The notes: generated by a model from the letters alone, not told the origin. 35,547 nucleotides of DNA from Anaerolineales bacterium (GCA_046259355.1 JBJYWH010000366.1:1-35547), one strand, 5' to 3'. Shown: positions 8,893 through 18,185, counted from the first letter of the stretch. A program made the numbers and translations.

Positions 8893-9654
8893 TTACTTTG
8901 CGCCGCTCAACACCCGGCCATCGATCCACGTTCCCAGTTCGCCGACGGCATGGATCCGTGCACAGTCCATCTCTGGATACAGGTCACGCGGGTCATACAG
9001 CGCCGGAGTCATACCGGCAGCCCGGGCACCCAGAATATCGGCGTGAAAATTGTCGCCAACGTATATTACACGCTGGGGTTCCTGCTTCAGCAGGCCAGCG
9101 GCATGCTGCAGGATGCGCGGATCGGGTTTGTACCAACCCACCTCACCCGCTGCCAGGATCAGGTCGACGTGCTCGGTCAGTCCCAGCTCCAGCACACGGT
9201 CATGGAAAGGCTCACTCCGGTTGGAGACGATCGCAACCGCCAGGCCGGCGCCGCGCAGGGTATCAAATGTCGGCAGCACATCTTCTTCCATGCAGTCTAT
9301 CGGCTCGTACTCGGCCCGCATGCGTAGTGTGATCTCCGGCGCCAGGGCTTCGGCCTGATCGTCCGGCAAGCCCAGCTTGAGCAGGTGTCGCCGGGCGTGG
9401 TTCGTCCAGAATTCGCCGTTATCCCGCCACTCACCAAAACGTTCGATATCCTCTTTCAGCTCGTCCGAATCCGCCCAGTACTCATTCACCCAGCGCTCCC
9501 CGCGACGCTGAAGCTCGAGATCCACGGCAAATCCCAGCTCGGAAGCAAAGCGGTAAAAAACTTCCAGCGCGGGTGGATGGTTGTGCCTTAAGGTTCCATC
9601 GAAATCAAAGAATATTCCGGAGAAACTGCTTGCATCCATTCGATCTAAATTCAT
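8893..9654 (-). CDS. HAD-superfamily hydrolase
   Basis: Motif I FDFDGTL, motif II VSN, KPDP and motif IV VGDNFHADI. Start uncertain (9660, 9654 or 9639). Confidence 0.88.
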   Translation of the reverse strand: MNLDRMDASSFSGIFFDFDGTLRHNHPPALEVFYRFASELGFAVDLELQRRGERWVNEYWADSDELKEDIERFGEWRDNGEFWTNHARRHLLKLGLPDDQAEALAPEITLRMRAEYEPIDCMEEDVLPTFDTLRGAGLAVAIVSNRSEPFHDRVLELGLTEHVDLILAAGEVGWYKPDPRILQHAAGLLKQEPQRVIYVGDNFHADILGARAAGMTPALYDPRDLYPEMDCARIHAVGELGTWIDGRVLSGAK

Positions 9655-9706
9655 TTCCATTCCTGTGCTGCAGGGTAGTGTTTTGTGATTCGCCGCTGGT
9701 CTCTGC

Positions 9707-10729
9707 CTACCCACCGATGTAGGACATTTCGATTTTCGGCAGATCGGGCGTTGACGCCGAGCGCAAGTCTGAATACCGATCGTCCCGCTTCGCCCACAGG
9801 CCGCGAATCATGCTCTCCAGTTCCTCGTCGCTGGCGCCATCTCGCAGCGGAGTCTTCAGGTCGAACCCTTTCACCGCAAACAAACAGGTGAAGAGCGAAC
9901 CATCGGCTGAGAGGCGGGCCCGCGTGCAGCCGCCGCAGAAAGGCCGGGTGACGGAGGTTATCAAGCCAACCTCTCCAGCGCCGTCGCGGTAGCGGTAGCG
10001 CCGGGCCACCTCGCCGGGGTAGTTCTGCTGAATCTCTTCGAGCGGAAACTCCTTGTCGACCCGGGCGATGATTTCGTCGCCCGGAACCACGTCGGTCAGC
10101 CGCCAGCCGTTGGTCGATCCCACGTCCATGTACTCGATAAAGCGCAGGATCCGGTTCGGTTGGCGGAAAAAGCGAGCCATGGGCAGGATGCTGTCTTCGT
10201 TCACGCCGCGCTGGACAACCATATTCACTTTGACCGGATTGAAGCCGGCTGCTTCGGCGGCGGCGATCCCTGCCAGCACACGCTGCACCGGGAAGTCGAC
10301 ATCATTCATCGCCGCAAAGACCTCATCATCGAGCGAGTCGAGGCTGACCGAGATGCGGTCCAATCCGGCGGTGCGCAGTGCCTTTGCCTTCCGTTCCAGC
10401 GCCGATCCATTGGTGGTCATGGTCAATTCGACATCCGGCAGTTCTCGCAGGAGGGCGATCAGGTGGTCGAGATCCCTGCGAACCAGCGGCTCACCACCGG
10501 TCAGCCGGATCTTTTTCACGCCCAGGTTGACGAAGACAGCCGCCAGGCGCTGAATTTCCTCAAAACTGAGCAGTTGTTCACGCGGCAGAAAAGGGTATCC
10601 AACTCCGAAGATATCCTTCGGCATGCAGTATGTGCAGCGGAAGTTGCAGCGATCGGTAACCGATATCCGCAAATCCCGCAGGCTGCGATGGAAGGTGTCT
10701 TTCACAATTGGTGTTGGATCCGACATCAC
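9707..10729 (-). CDS. moaA: GTP 3',8-cyclase (molybdenum cofactor biosynthesis)
   Basis: LRISVTDRCNFRCTYC radical SAM motif, C-terminal FCGGCTRARLS...CLF cluster and terminal MSYIGG. Confidence 0.97.
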   Translation of the reverse strand: MMSDPTPIVKDTFHRSLRDLRISVTDRCNFRCTYCMPKDIFGVGYPFLPREQLLSFEEIQRLAAVFVNLGVKKIRLTGGEPLVRRDLDHLIALLRELPDVELTMTTNGSALERKAKALRTAGLDRISVSLDSLDDEVFAAMNDVDFPVQRVLAGIAAAEAAGFNPVKVNMVVQRGVNEDSILPMARFFRQPNRILRFIEYMDVGSTNGWRLTDVVPGDEIIARVDKEFPLEEIQQNYPGEVARRYRYRDGAGEVGLITSVTRPFCGGCTRARLSADGSLFTCLFAVKGFDLKTPLRDGASDEELESMIRGLWAKRDDRYSDLRSASTPDLPKIEMSYIGG

Positions 10730-10837
10730 AATACCTGTCCAAATGATCTCAGCCCGGACGAGAGCAACCGTCCGCTCGGGCTCCTTCTCACCGGGCAGAT
10801 TCTATCACACGGGTATCGGCACTGTCCGGCGCTGGCT

Positions 10838-12190
10838 CTAGGAGCGGATGCTTGCATCCGGAGCGGACGACGGTATCGCGGTCAGATCATAGGGCATGGC
10901 ACCGGTGATCCGCGCGCTGACCATCTCACCAACCGGGATTTCGCCTTCGAGGATGACAAGCCCGTCGATCTCCGGGGCATCGCGATAGGAGCGTGCAAAA
11001 GAGAATCCATCTCCGCTGCCCTCGACCAGCACCCGTAGATCACGGCCCACGAAACCCTGGTTGATTTCGAGCGAGATCTCCTGCTGCAGCTCCATCAGAC
11101 GTGTCCGGCGTTCTTCCTTCACGGTCCCTGGAATCGGGTCTCCAAGGCTCTCGCTGGCCGTCCCCGTTTCAAAAGAAAAGGTGAAGGCCCCCACGCGGTC
11201 GAAACGGACCGTACGGACAAATTCGAGCAGGCGCGCGAAGGCCTGCTCGGTCTCTCCCGGATACCCGACGATGAAGGTCGTCCGCAGCGCCAGGTCCGGC
11301 ATCACCATCCGCATATCCGACAGCGTGCTGTGAACCCAATCGAGGTTGGCCGGGCGGCGCATGGCGCGCAGCACATCCGGATCAGCATGCTGCAGTGGCA
11401 TATCGAGGTAGGGCAAGATTTGGCGGTTAGTCCCCATGACATCCATCAACCGCGGCGTCACGTAGCCCGGATAGGCATACAGGATGCGAATCCAGTCCAC
11501 GTCCGGCACGGCATCGACCAGCTTCTCGAGCAAGGCGGCCAGCCCGTCCTTCATCCCCAGGTCATGGCCATAGTCGGTGGTATCCTGAGCGATCAGGATC
11601 AGCTCCTTCACGCCCCCGTCGCGCAAGCGGCGCGCTTCCTCGAGAATGCGCTCGGGCGGCCGGCTGACGGCCGTCCCCTTGATAAGTGGAATCGCACAGA
11701 ACGCACACGGCCGGCGGCAGCCGTCGGCGATCTTGATATACGCACTGCCGCCCTGTCGGGCGACCCTGGAGACGTGGCCCTCATCTGTTCCGACAGTAGG
11801 TGCATCCGGCAGGTGGTAAAGCGGGGCTGGCGGCCCTCCGGCGCGCAGGTCTCGCACCACCTTGACGATATCCATCCAGCGGCGCGTCCCTAGGATGCCA
11901 TCGATACCCGGCACCTGGCGGACGATCTCGGCCCCATAACGCTGAGTCAGGCATCCGGCAGCGATCAAGAGCTGATCGGGGCGTTTCGAAGCCGCCAGTT
12001 CTTGCAGCACGCTGAGCGACTCCTCTTTCGCCGGCCCGATGAACCCGCATGTGTTCACAATCAATACCCCTGCTTCATCCGGCCGGGAGCAGGGCTGAAA
12101 TCCCTCACGGCCGAGCAATTCGGCCATCGATTCGGAGTCGACGGTATTCTTCGCGCAGCCCAGCGACACGAGATGGAAACGGTGGTTCAT
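10838..12190 (-). CDS. rimO: Ribosomal protein S12 methylthiotransferase
   Basis: SLGCAKNTVDSE, NTCGFI, GCRRPCAFC and RSYRDAPEIDG (TRAM domain) motifs. Confidence 0.95.
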   Translation of the reverse strand: MNHRFHLVSLGCAKNTVDSESMAELLGREGFQPCSRPDEAGVLIVNTCGFIGPAKEESLSVLQELAASKRPDQLLIAAGCLTQRYGAEIVRQVPGIDGILGTRRWMDIVKVVRDLRAGGPPAPLYHLPDAPTVGTDEGHVSRVARQGGSAYIKIADGCRRPCAFCAIPLIKGTAVSRPPERILEEARRLRDGGVKELILIAQDTTDYGHDLGMKDGLAALLEKLVDAVPDVDWIRILYAYPGYVTPRLMDVMGTNRQILPYLDMPLQHADPDVLRAMRRPANLDWVHSTLSDMRMVMPDLALRTTFIVGYPGETEQAFARLLEFVRTVRFDRVGAFTFSFETGTASESLGDPIPGTVKEERRTRLMELQQEISLEINQGFVGRDLRVLVEGSGDGFSFARSYRDAPEIDGLVILEGEIPVGEMVSARITGAMPYDLTAIPSSAPDASIRS

Positions 12191-12193
12191 GGG

Positions 12194-13102
12194 CTAAGGC
12201 GCCTGCGGGGTGAGCGCGCCCTGGCTCGAGGTTGCCGTCGCGGTGATGAATGGCGAAGGTGTGGGCGTCACCGTCACCGTCGGGGTCGGTGTTTGGGCGC
12301 CGCGCGGCGTCCAGATCCTCACCATGACCTGCCCGATCTCACCCATCAAACCCTCATCGCGGTCGTTGAAGAATACGCGCAGCCCGCCCGCATTTCCTGT
12401 CGTCACCTCGATCGCTGCATTTCCTGAATAGGTCAATTCCTTCCCAGCCTGGGCCCTTCCCCGGAAGGCCTGCTTTCCATCGACAACAACCTCGAGAAAC
12501 GAATCGGTCTCGACAACGATCCGCAGGTTCACACGATCGAGGACATTCAAGATCAGGGTTGCGGTGGGTGTGACCGCGGTGGGCTCGACCACCGATACGC
12601 CGCCCGGACTATTGGTGGCTGTCGCTGCCGGTGCGGGAGTGGGGATCGAGGTTTCTTCCTGGATCGATGCGGCCGCGGCCCCAGTTGGGGTTTCATCGCT
12701 CTGGTTGAAGGCTTCCAACAGCTGACCGCTGCCCCATACCAGCACAGCGATCACAGCCAGCGCCACGAGCGTGGTAAGGATGAACTCGGAGGCGGAACGG
12801 CCCGGGCGCCTGGGAGCGGGTATGTGGGCGAGCTCAGCCGCCCGCGGCCGGGAGAGTTTTTGGCCGCGCGACTCATCGTAACGCGCCAGCAGTTCTTCCG
12901 GATCCAGCCCGAGCGCATCGGCATAGTTCCGTAAAAAACCGCGCGCCTGGGCCTCGGATGGCATGCTTTCCAGGTCTCCCCGTTCCAGGGCTTCCAGGCG
13001 TGCCACCCGGATGTGCGTGGTTCGTTCGATTTCACCCAGCGTGAGGCCGAGACGCTCACGTGTCTCGCGCAGGAGGTTTCCGATCTCTTCCATCGAGATC
13101 AC
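12194..13102 (-). CDS. RodZ-like protein (N-terminal HTH, single TM, C-terminal DUF4115-like domain)
   Basis: LEALERG...RGFLRNYADALGLD HTH, TM ILTTLVALAVIAVLVW, Thr/Pro linker and GNAGGL motif; adjacent to rimO. Confidence 0.85.
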   Translation of the reverse strand: MISMEEIGNLLRETRERLGLTLGEIERTTHIRVARLEALERGDLESMPSEAQARGFLRNYADALGLDPEELLARYDESRGQKLSRPRAAELAHIPAPRRPGRSASEFILTTLVALAVIAVLVWGSGQLLEAFNQSDETPTGAAAASIQEETSIPTPAPAATATNSPGGVSVVEPTAVTPTATLILNVLDRVNLRIVVETDSFLEVVVDGKQAFRGRAQAGKELTYSGNAAIEVTTGNAGGLRVFFNDRDEGLMGEIGQVMVRIWTPRGAQTPTPTVTVTPTPSPFITATATSSQGALTPQAP

Positions 13103-13105
13103 CTG

Positions 13106-13151
13106 AGAAAGAAAACCACCGGCCGGGGCGAAATTCCCCCTTGCCGGTGGT
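13106..13151 (-). terminator. Intrinsic terminator downstream of rplI
   Basis: Inverted repeat ACCACCGGC...GCCGGTGGT with inner GGGG/CCCC pairing, followed on the minus strand by TTTCTTTCT. Confidence 0.7.
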
Positions 13152-13166
13152 CAGGGGCTGCGCCAA

Positions 13167-13832
13167 TCAGCCTGCGTCCGATTCGTCCCCGGCTTCAGCC
13201 TCGAGATCCTCGCCGGCCGGCTCATCGGCCGCCTCGGCCTCCAGCATCTCTTCCATTTCGGCTTCGACCTCTTCCAGGGCGACATCGAACTCGGCTTCCA
13301 GTTCAGCCTGGAGATCGGCAAACTGACCGGCCTGTTCGGCTTCTTCGACCAGTTCCTCTTCCAGGCCGTAGGCGGTCTCGGGCGCTTCACCTTCTCGGTG
13401 AACGATGACGGTAAGCTCAGGGATCAAATCGATCGTCAGGCGCACTTCGACCTTGTGCACGCCCAGGGTTTTGATCGGCTGGGCATCCAGCTGGCGCTTA
13501 TCGAGTTGGATGCCTTTCTCCGCCTCGACCGCGTCGCCGATCATCGCCGGCGTGATCGAACCATACAGCTTGCCGGTTTCGCCGGCTTTGACGGGGAAGA
13601 TGAGCGTCATGCCATTCAGTTGTTCGGCAACTTCGCTCAATTCCTCGTTCAATCGGGCGCGTTCCAGTGCCGCCGCCTCGCGAATACGCTCAGCCTGCTT
13701 CAATGCGCCCGGTGTGGCCAGCGTGGCCAGGCGCTGGGGAAGCAGAAAATTGCGCCCGTAGCCATCGGCGACCTTCTTGACATCGCCCGCACGACCCAAT
13801 TTGTAGACGTCCTTCAGGAGTAGTACTTTCAT
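13167..13832 (-). CDS. rplI: 50S ribosomal protein L9 with long acidic C-terminal extension
   Basis: MKVLLLKDVYKLGRAGDVKKVADGYGRNFLLP and GKLYGSIT motifs. Confidence 0.96.
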   Translation of the reverse strand: MKVLLLKDVYKLGRAGDVKKVADGYGRNFLLPQRLATLATPGALKQAERIREAAALERARLNEELSEVAEQLNGMTLIFPVKAGETGKLYGSITPAMIGDAVEAEKGIQLDKRQLDAQPIKTLGVHKVEVRLTIDLIPELTVIVHREGEAPETAYGLEEELVEEAEQAGQFADLQAELEAEFDVALEEVEAEMEEMLEAEAADEPAGEDLEAEAGDESDAG

Positions 13833-13915
13833 GGTGGCTCAAGCCCTTTCATTCACAAAGTTTGAGCGCCGCATGCGGCGCTCCGGGCGAAGGGTACTAC
13901 GCCCTGCAGAGGGTG

Positions 13916-13944
13916 ATTGTACCAGAAGCAGGAATGCTGGTAAA
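13916..13944 (-). promoter_or_regulatory. Sigma70-type promoter for rplI
   Basis: TTTACC (13944-13939), 17 bp spacer, TACAAT (13921-13916) with an extended TG. Confidence 0.6.
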
Positions 13945-13963
13945 GGTCCCCCCAACACCCCTG

Positions 13964-14446
13964 TCAGCGCACGATGGCTTTCTCCATCACGATGGCGTCC
14001 TCACCGCCGCGGTAGTACTTCCGCCAGCGGTCGACCTCGACGTAGCCCTGCCGTCGGTACAGGTGCAGGGCTGCGGCATTTGACGCCCGCAGGCTGAGGC
14101 GCACCCTGGGCACATCCAGCGCGAGCTCGCACACATCCAGCAGCCTCGTCCCGATGTGCTGCCCGCGAAAATCAGGGTGGACACCGATCGTGGCAATCCA
14201 CCCCATCTGCTTCCGCTGGCGGCGGTCCCCGACCACAAAGCCGACGATGCGCCCGCCGCTTGCGGCGGCGAAGCGCACCGTCTCGGGAAAGGTCAGCGCG
14301 GCAAGGATATCGATCCAGGGCCAGGCGTCAGCTTTGAAGCAGAGCTTCTCCAGGTGATGGACCGGGCGGAAATCACGCCAGGTTGCAGCGCGTATCTCCA
14401 CCTTTCCACCCGGTCCCTCCGTCACGAACGTCTGACTACTCCTCAC
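13964..14446 (-). CDS. RimI-like GNAT N-acetyltransferase
   Basis: IGVHPDFRGQHIG, SNAAALHLY and YYRGGEDAIVM, typical of the RimI family. Confidence 0.8.
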   Translation of the reverse strand: MRSSQTFVTEGPGGKVEIRAATWRDFRPVHHLEKLCFKADAWPWIDILAALTFPETVRFAAASGGRIVGFVVGDRRQRKQMGWIATIGVHPDFRGQHIGTRLLDVCELALDVPRVRLSLRASNAAALHLYRRQGYVEVDRWRKYYRGGEDAIVMEKAIVR

Positions 14447-15326
14447 CCTTGCGGAAGCTGTCCAGCAGGCTGGTGAATTCCATCGGGAAGATGAACTTCG
14501 TTGCCGGGCTGGTTCCCATCGTCTTCAAGGTTTCGAAGTACTGCAGCGTCATGGTTTTATGGTCGACCGTCTTGGCGATGCTGAAGATCTGGTCCAGAGC
14601 TCGCGAGAAACCTTCCGCTCGCAGCAGCTGTGCTTCGCGCTCGCCTTCGGCCCGCAGGATGTTGGACTGCTTATCACCCTCGGCTCGCAGGATCGCGGCC
14701 TGCTTCTCACCATCCGCCACGTTGACAGCCGCCTCTCGCTGCCCGGTTGATTCGGTCACGACGGCGCGGCGCACGCGCTCAGCCGTCATCTGGCGGTTCA
14801 TGGCATCCTGGACTTCCTTGGGCGGGATGATCTCGCGAATTTCGACGTTGGTAACCTTCACGCCCCAGCGTTCGGTCACCTCGTCCAGCTTCACGCGCAG
14901 CATCTGGTTGATGTGATCGCGCTGTGAAAGGACATCGTCCAGCGCGATGCCGCCGATCACCGAGCGCAGCGTGGTAGTAGCCATACCCTGGGCAGCCGCC
15001 TCGAAGTTGCCAACCTGAATCACGCTCTGCATCGCATCGATAACCTTGTAGTACCAGATGAAGTCGATCGCGATCGGAGCGTTGTCGAGCGTGATGGAGG
15101 TCTGATGCGGGATCTCACGCACCTGTTCTCGTAGATCGACTTTCACCCCGCGCTCAATGAACGGGATCAGCAGTACCAGGCCCGGGCCACGCTCGCCCAC
15201 GCAGCGGCCGAGGCGGAATACCACCAGGCGCTCGTATTCCTGCACGATTCGAATCGCACTCCCCAGCACCGCAAGTGCAACCAGACCGACCGTTCCCACC
15301 AGACATGCAAGGACTGTAATGTTCAT
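14436..15326 (-). CDS. SPFH/band 7 (stomatin/QmcA-like) protein
   Basis: RIVQEYERLVVFRLG, WGVKVTNVEI and AERVRRA...AEG repeats; AGGAGGT RBS before ATG 15326. Confidence 0.93.
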   Translation of the reverse strand: MNITVLACLVGTVGLVALAVLGSAIRIVQEYERLVVFRLGRCVGERGPGLVLLIPFIERGVKVDLREQVREIPHQTSITLDNAPIAIDFIWYYKVIDAMQSVIQVGNFEAAAQGMATTTLRSVIGGIALDDVLSQRDHINQMLRVKLDEVTERWGVKVTNVEIREIIPPKEVQDAMNRQMTAERVRRAVVTESTGQREAAVNVADGEKQAAILRAEGDKQSNILRAEGEREAQLLRAEGFSRALDQIFSIAKTVDHKTMTLQYFETLKTMGTSPATKFIFPMEFTSLLDSFRKGEE

Positions 15327-15348
15327 GCTCTCAACCTCCTTCTTGCCA

Positions 15349-15960
15349 TCAATGAGACTTTGTGTCTTCGACCGGCTCAACCATCAGGATCAATCCATCG
15401 CGAGCGATGACTTTCACATGTTGACCCGGCTGGACAGGTACATCGCTTTCGGCGGTCCACAGCTCACCCAGCACGTAGACCGAACCCTGCGGGTCGAGCG
15501 GTGTGCGCACATCGCCGGTCGCACCAATGAGCCTCGCCAGGTCGATCGTCGGCTGTGCACGCTGCGCCAGCAGCACCTTGCGCACCGCCAGCCAAAAATA
15601 GCCGATCGTGAGCAGCGAAACGACCAGCGCCAGGGCCGGGTGCACGGCGACAAGCCCTTGCGTCGGCTGAAACATGAAAACGGACCCCAGGCTAAAGGCA
15701 AGCGCCGAAATGATCAAACCGATCTCGGGCTTGATGAAGCGCAGCGAAAGCAGGAAGAATACGATGCCCACCAGAAGAAGCAGCAGAGCCCACGCGTTGA
15801 GTGGGGCATACAGCGTACCCAGTCCGGCTGCACCGAGTGCGGTCAGCGCCAGCAGTTCGAGAATGCCCGTGCCCGGGCTGACAACAGCCAACGCTGCAAG
15901 CCAGATCCCGGCCATAAGAACCAGATAAAGCAGGTTCGGAAACAACGGTGATTCAAACAC
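15349..15960 (-). CDS. NfeD family membrane protein (short form, TM + OB fold)
   Basis: Several TM helices then LIGATGDVRTPLDPQGSVYVLGELWTAES; canonical position upstream of an SPFH gene. Confidence 0.9.
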   Translation of the reverse strand: MFESPLFPNLLYLVLMAGIWLAALAVVSPGTGILELLALTALGAAGLGTLYAPLNAWALLLLLVGIVFFLLSLRFIKPEIGLIISALAFSLGSVFMFQPTQGLVAVHPALALVVSLLTIGYFWLAVRKVLLAQRAQPTIDLARLIGATGDVRTPLDPQGSVYVLGELWTAESDVPVQPGQHVKVIARDGLILMVEPVEDTKSH

Positions 15961-16094
15961 CCAGACCTCCCTTCTCCTCCGGATTATCGATCGATTCGAG
16001 GATAAGGCAGGAACACAAATCCATCATACCGGAAAACCGACAATCAGCAGACATTCAGCACGGAAAGCGCATTCCCTTCGCTCCGGGATGGCGG

Positions 16095-17243
16095 CTATCG
16101 GACACGTTTTTCGTACATACGATAGGTCTTGTAGACCTCGCCGCCCAGCATGCGGATCGAACGGTTCATCATGTCGTTGGTCTCGAGAATCCAGCTCATC
16201 TCGGCCCACTTATAGCCTTTGGGGGCGGCGCGCTTGGCCGTCTCCAGGTACATGAGCGCATCTACTCCCTTGGCGCGGTAGGGGGGAAGTACTCCCAGCG
16301 CCACGACCCGCAGCCACTCGACCTTGCGGCGCACCTTCCAGTTCCAGAACAGCTGCGCCATGGTGAGCGCCTCCGGTTTCCCGGGGCGCGGGTACGCCGG
16401 GAGCAGCGCCTGATTCATATCGGGGATGGACAATGAACTGCCCACCACCTGGCCATCGGCCTCTACCATCAGTACCAGGTCGGGGTCGATGATCGGCTTC
16501 AGGCTGGCTGCCAGGTGATCGATTTCGGCATCGGTCATCGGGACAAAGCCCCAGTTGCGCTCCCACGAGCTGTTGTAGACCACTTTGAAGCGTTCGACCT
16601 CGGTCTCGAACTCCTTCATTCGCATCGGTCGGATGTGCAGGTTGAAGCGTTCTCGCACTTTCTCGGCCACGCGCACCAGCTTCTCCGGGACATGCTGTAT
16701 GAAATTGGGTACGCTGATGGAGTAGGCCCAGGAATCCATCGCCTTGGTCAGGCCAGCCGCCTCGAGGTAGTCCTTGTAGTACGGCGGGTTGTAGGTCATC
16801 AGCGCTCGCGGCGGATCATCATAGCCATCAATCAGGAGAAATGCTTCATCGTTGGTCGAGAACTGCGCCGGGCCGAGCATTGAATCATGGCCGGCATTCC
16901 GAATCCATTCTTCCGCCGTTTTCAACAGCGCCTGCGCGGCCTCGGGGTCCTGCAGGACCTCAAAAAAACCGAAGAAACCGAGGTTCAAACCTTGGAACTG
17001 GTTGTATTTCTCATTTGTGAAGGCCGCGATGGTTCCAACCGGATCGCCCTTGCGTCGGGCGATGAAGTACGCCGCCCGGGCGTGCTCAAAGAAGGCGTTT
17101 CTCGCCGGGTCGAGGAATTCTTTGCGTTCTGAGATCAAGGGAGGGACCCAGTAGCGGTTCCCTTGGTAAACTTTCCACGGAAAGCTGATGAATTCCATCA
17201 ATTCGGCGGGGGATGCGACGGTCGTAATTTCGATTTCAGCCAT
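16095..17243 (-). CDS. YghO-like / bacterial ceramide synthase (bCerS)-like GNAT-fold acyltransferase
   Basis: FPWKVY...WVPPL, FGFFE, GP..FSTNDE, YNPPYY, NWGFVP and EMSWILETN motifs, which I recognise as this family. Confidence 0.75.
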   Translation of the reverse strand: MAEIEITTVASPAELMEFISFPWKVYQGNRYWVPPLISERKEFLDPARNAFFEHARAAYFIARRKGDPVGTIAAFTNEKYNQFQGLNLGFFGFFEVLQDPEAAQALLKTAEEWIRNAGHDSMLGPAQFSTNDEAFLLIDGYDDPPRALMTYNPPYYKDYLEAAGLTKAMDSWAYSISVPNFIQHVPEKLVRVAEKVRERFNLHIRPMRMKEFETEVERFKVVYNSSWERNWGFVPMTDAEIDHLAASLKPIIDPDLVLMVEADGQVVGSSLSIPDMNQALLPAYPRPGKPEALTMAQLFWNWKVRRKVEWLRVVALGVLPPYRAKGVDALMYLETAKRAAPKGYKWAEMSWILETNDMMNRSIRMLGGEVYKTYRMYEKRVR

Positions 17244-17271
17244 ATCGATTTTCTCCTCATGCGAGATGCAG

Positions 17272-17357
17272 ATTATACATTCGCCCGGCTTGCTTTGAAA
17301 TCCTCAGACCGGCCCCCCTTCGCTTCCATTGATGCGCCCCTTCGGGCGGTGTATGAT
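17272..17357. promoter_or_regulatory. Divergent sigma70-type promoters
   Basis: Minus: TTTCAA (17300-17295), 17 bp, TATAAT (17277-17272). Plus: TTGATG (17329-17334), 17 bp, TATGAT (17352-17357). Confidence 0.65.
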
Positions 17358-17378
17358 TGCTAGCTGCACGGAGGTGTC

Positions 17379-18095
17379 ATGAGCGCGTTCCCCTGGGTTT
17401 TCACCCTGGGTATCCTGCTGGGAATGATATGGCTGGTCCTTCAGTACTCGGCCTCCTCGTCTGGAAGCGACGATGCCGATCTGCTGCCGGCAGCCGTATG
17501 TGCGTTGGGCGGCGGCCTCGTGCTGGCTCGCCTTGGCTTCGCCGCTGCGTATTCCGGATACTATCTCGAACATCCGTGGGAGCTGCTGTGGATCTGGCAG
17601 GGCGGATTGAGCGGATCGGGCGGCTTAATCGGAGCCGTGGCGGGTCTCTGGTTCTACGCTCGATTTTCTCCATTACAACTCCCGCATCTCGTCGATCGGC
17701 TTGCCCTGCCCGGGCTGATCGTCAGCCTGAGTTGCTGGATCGGCTCCTGGCTCGATGGCGTTGCGTACGGTCAGCCTATCCACTCCACGGTCCCGCTCTT
17801 CACGACGGCCGATATGTTTGGAACGCGCATATCCCGCTGGCCGGCGGTTCTGCTCGGATTGATCCCCATTCTGGGAGCCTTCATCCTGCTGCAGCGAACC
17901 CCACCCCGGCGCCGCGCCGTGGGACGGAACGGGATGATCGGCATCACCGCGATTGCGCTGAGCATACTGCTCGCCAGCCTAGTTCGCGCCGATCCGGTGC
18001 CGGTTTGGTTGGCCATGAGAATGGACACGATCACTGGCCTGATCCTGACCATTGCCGGAGGATCGGCTTACCTGTTATCCTTTCGTACAAGGTGA
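17379..18095 (+). CDS. Prolipoprotein diacylglyceryl transferase (Lgt)-like membrane protein, divergent
   Basis: LARL...HPWELLWIWQGGLS..GG and G..YG motifs with multi-TM topology, but key catalytic residues are substituted; GGAGG RBS. Confidence 0.7.
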   Translation: MSAFPWVFTLGILLGMIWLVLQYSASSSGSDDADLLPAAVCALGGGLVLARLGFAAAYSGYYLEHPWELLWIWQGGLSGSGGLIGAVAGLWFYARFSPLQLPHLVDRLALPGLIVSLSCWIGSWLDGVAYGQPIHSTVPLFTTADMFGTRISRWPAVLLGLIPILGAFILLQRTPPRRRAVGRNGMIGITAIALSILLASLVRADPVPVWLAMRMDTITGLILTIAGGSAYLLSFRTR

Positions 18096-18185
18096 ACGTC
18101 GCCGGCGGAAGAGCGGCATCCTGCCAGGGCGAAGGGAACCGGGCCGGCAGGGTTTCTACCTGCCCCGGCGCTGTGAAGGAGCGGT

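Noticed and set aside
10730-10837. Possible Moco riboswitch upstream of moaA (hairpin AGCCCG...CGGGCT)
   Set aside because: The leader after the TAGAAT -10 box is only about 65 nt with one hairpin, and I cannot find the multi-stem Moco motif features.
12194-12300. Short repeats (GTCACC units) at the end of the rodZ-like gene
   Set aside because: They simply encode a Thr/Pro/Val low-complexity tail; not a CRISPR or DNA-level repeat.
18096-18185. Possible NAD-related riboswitch before nitrilase-nadE (GGCAGG...CCTGCC hairpin)
   Set aside because: A single GC-rich stem in a short intra-operon spacer, with no recognisable aptamer or U-tail.
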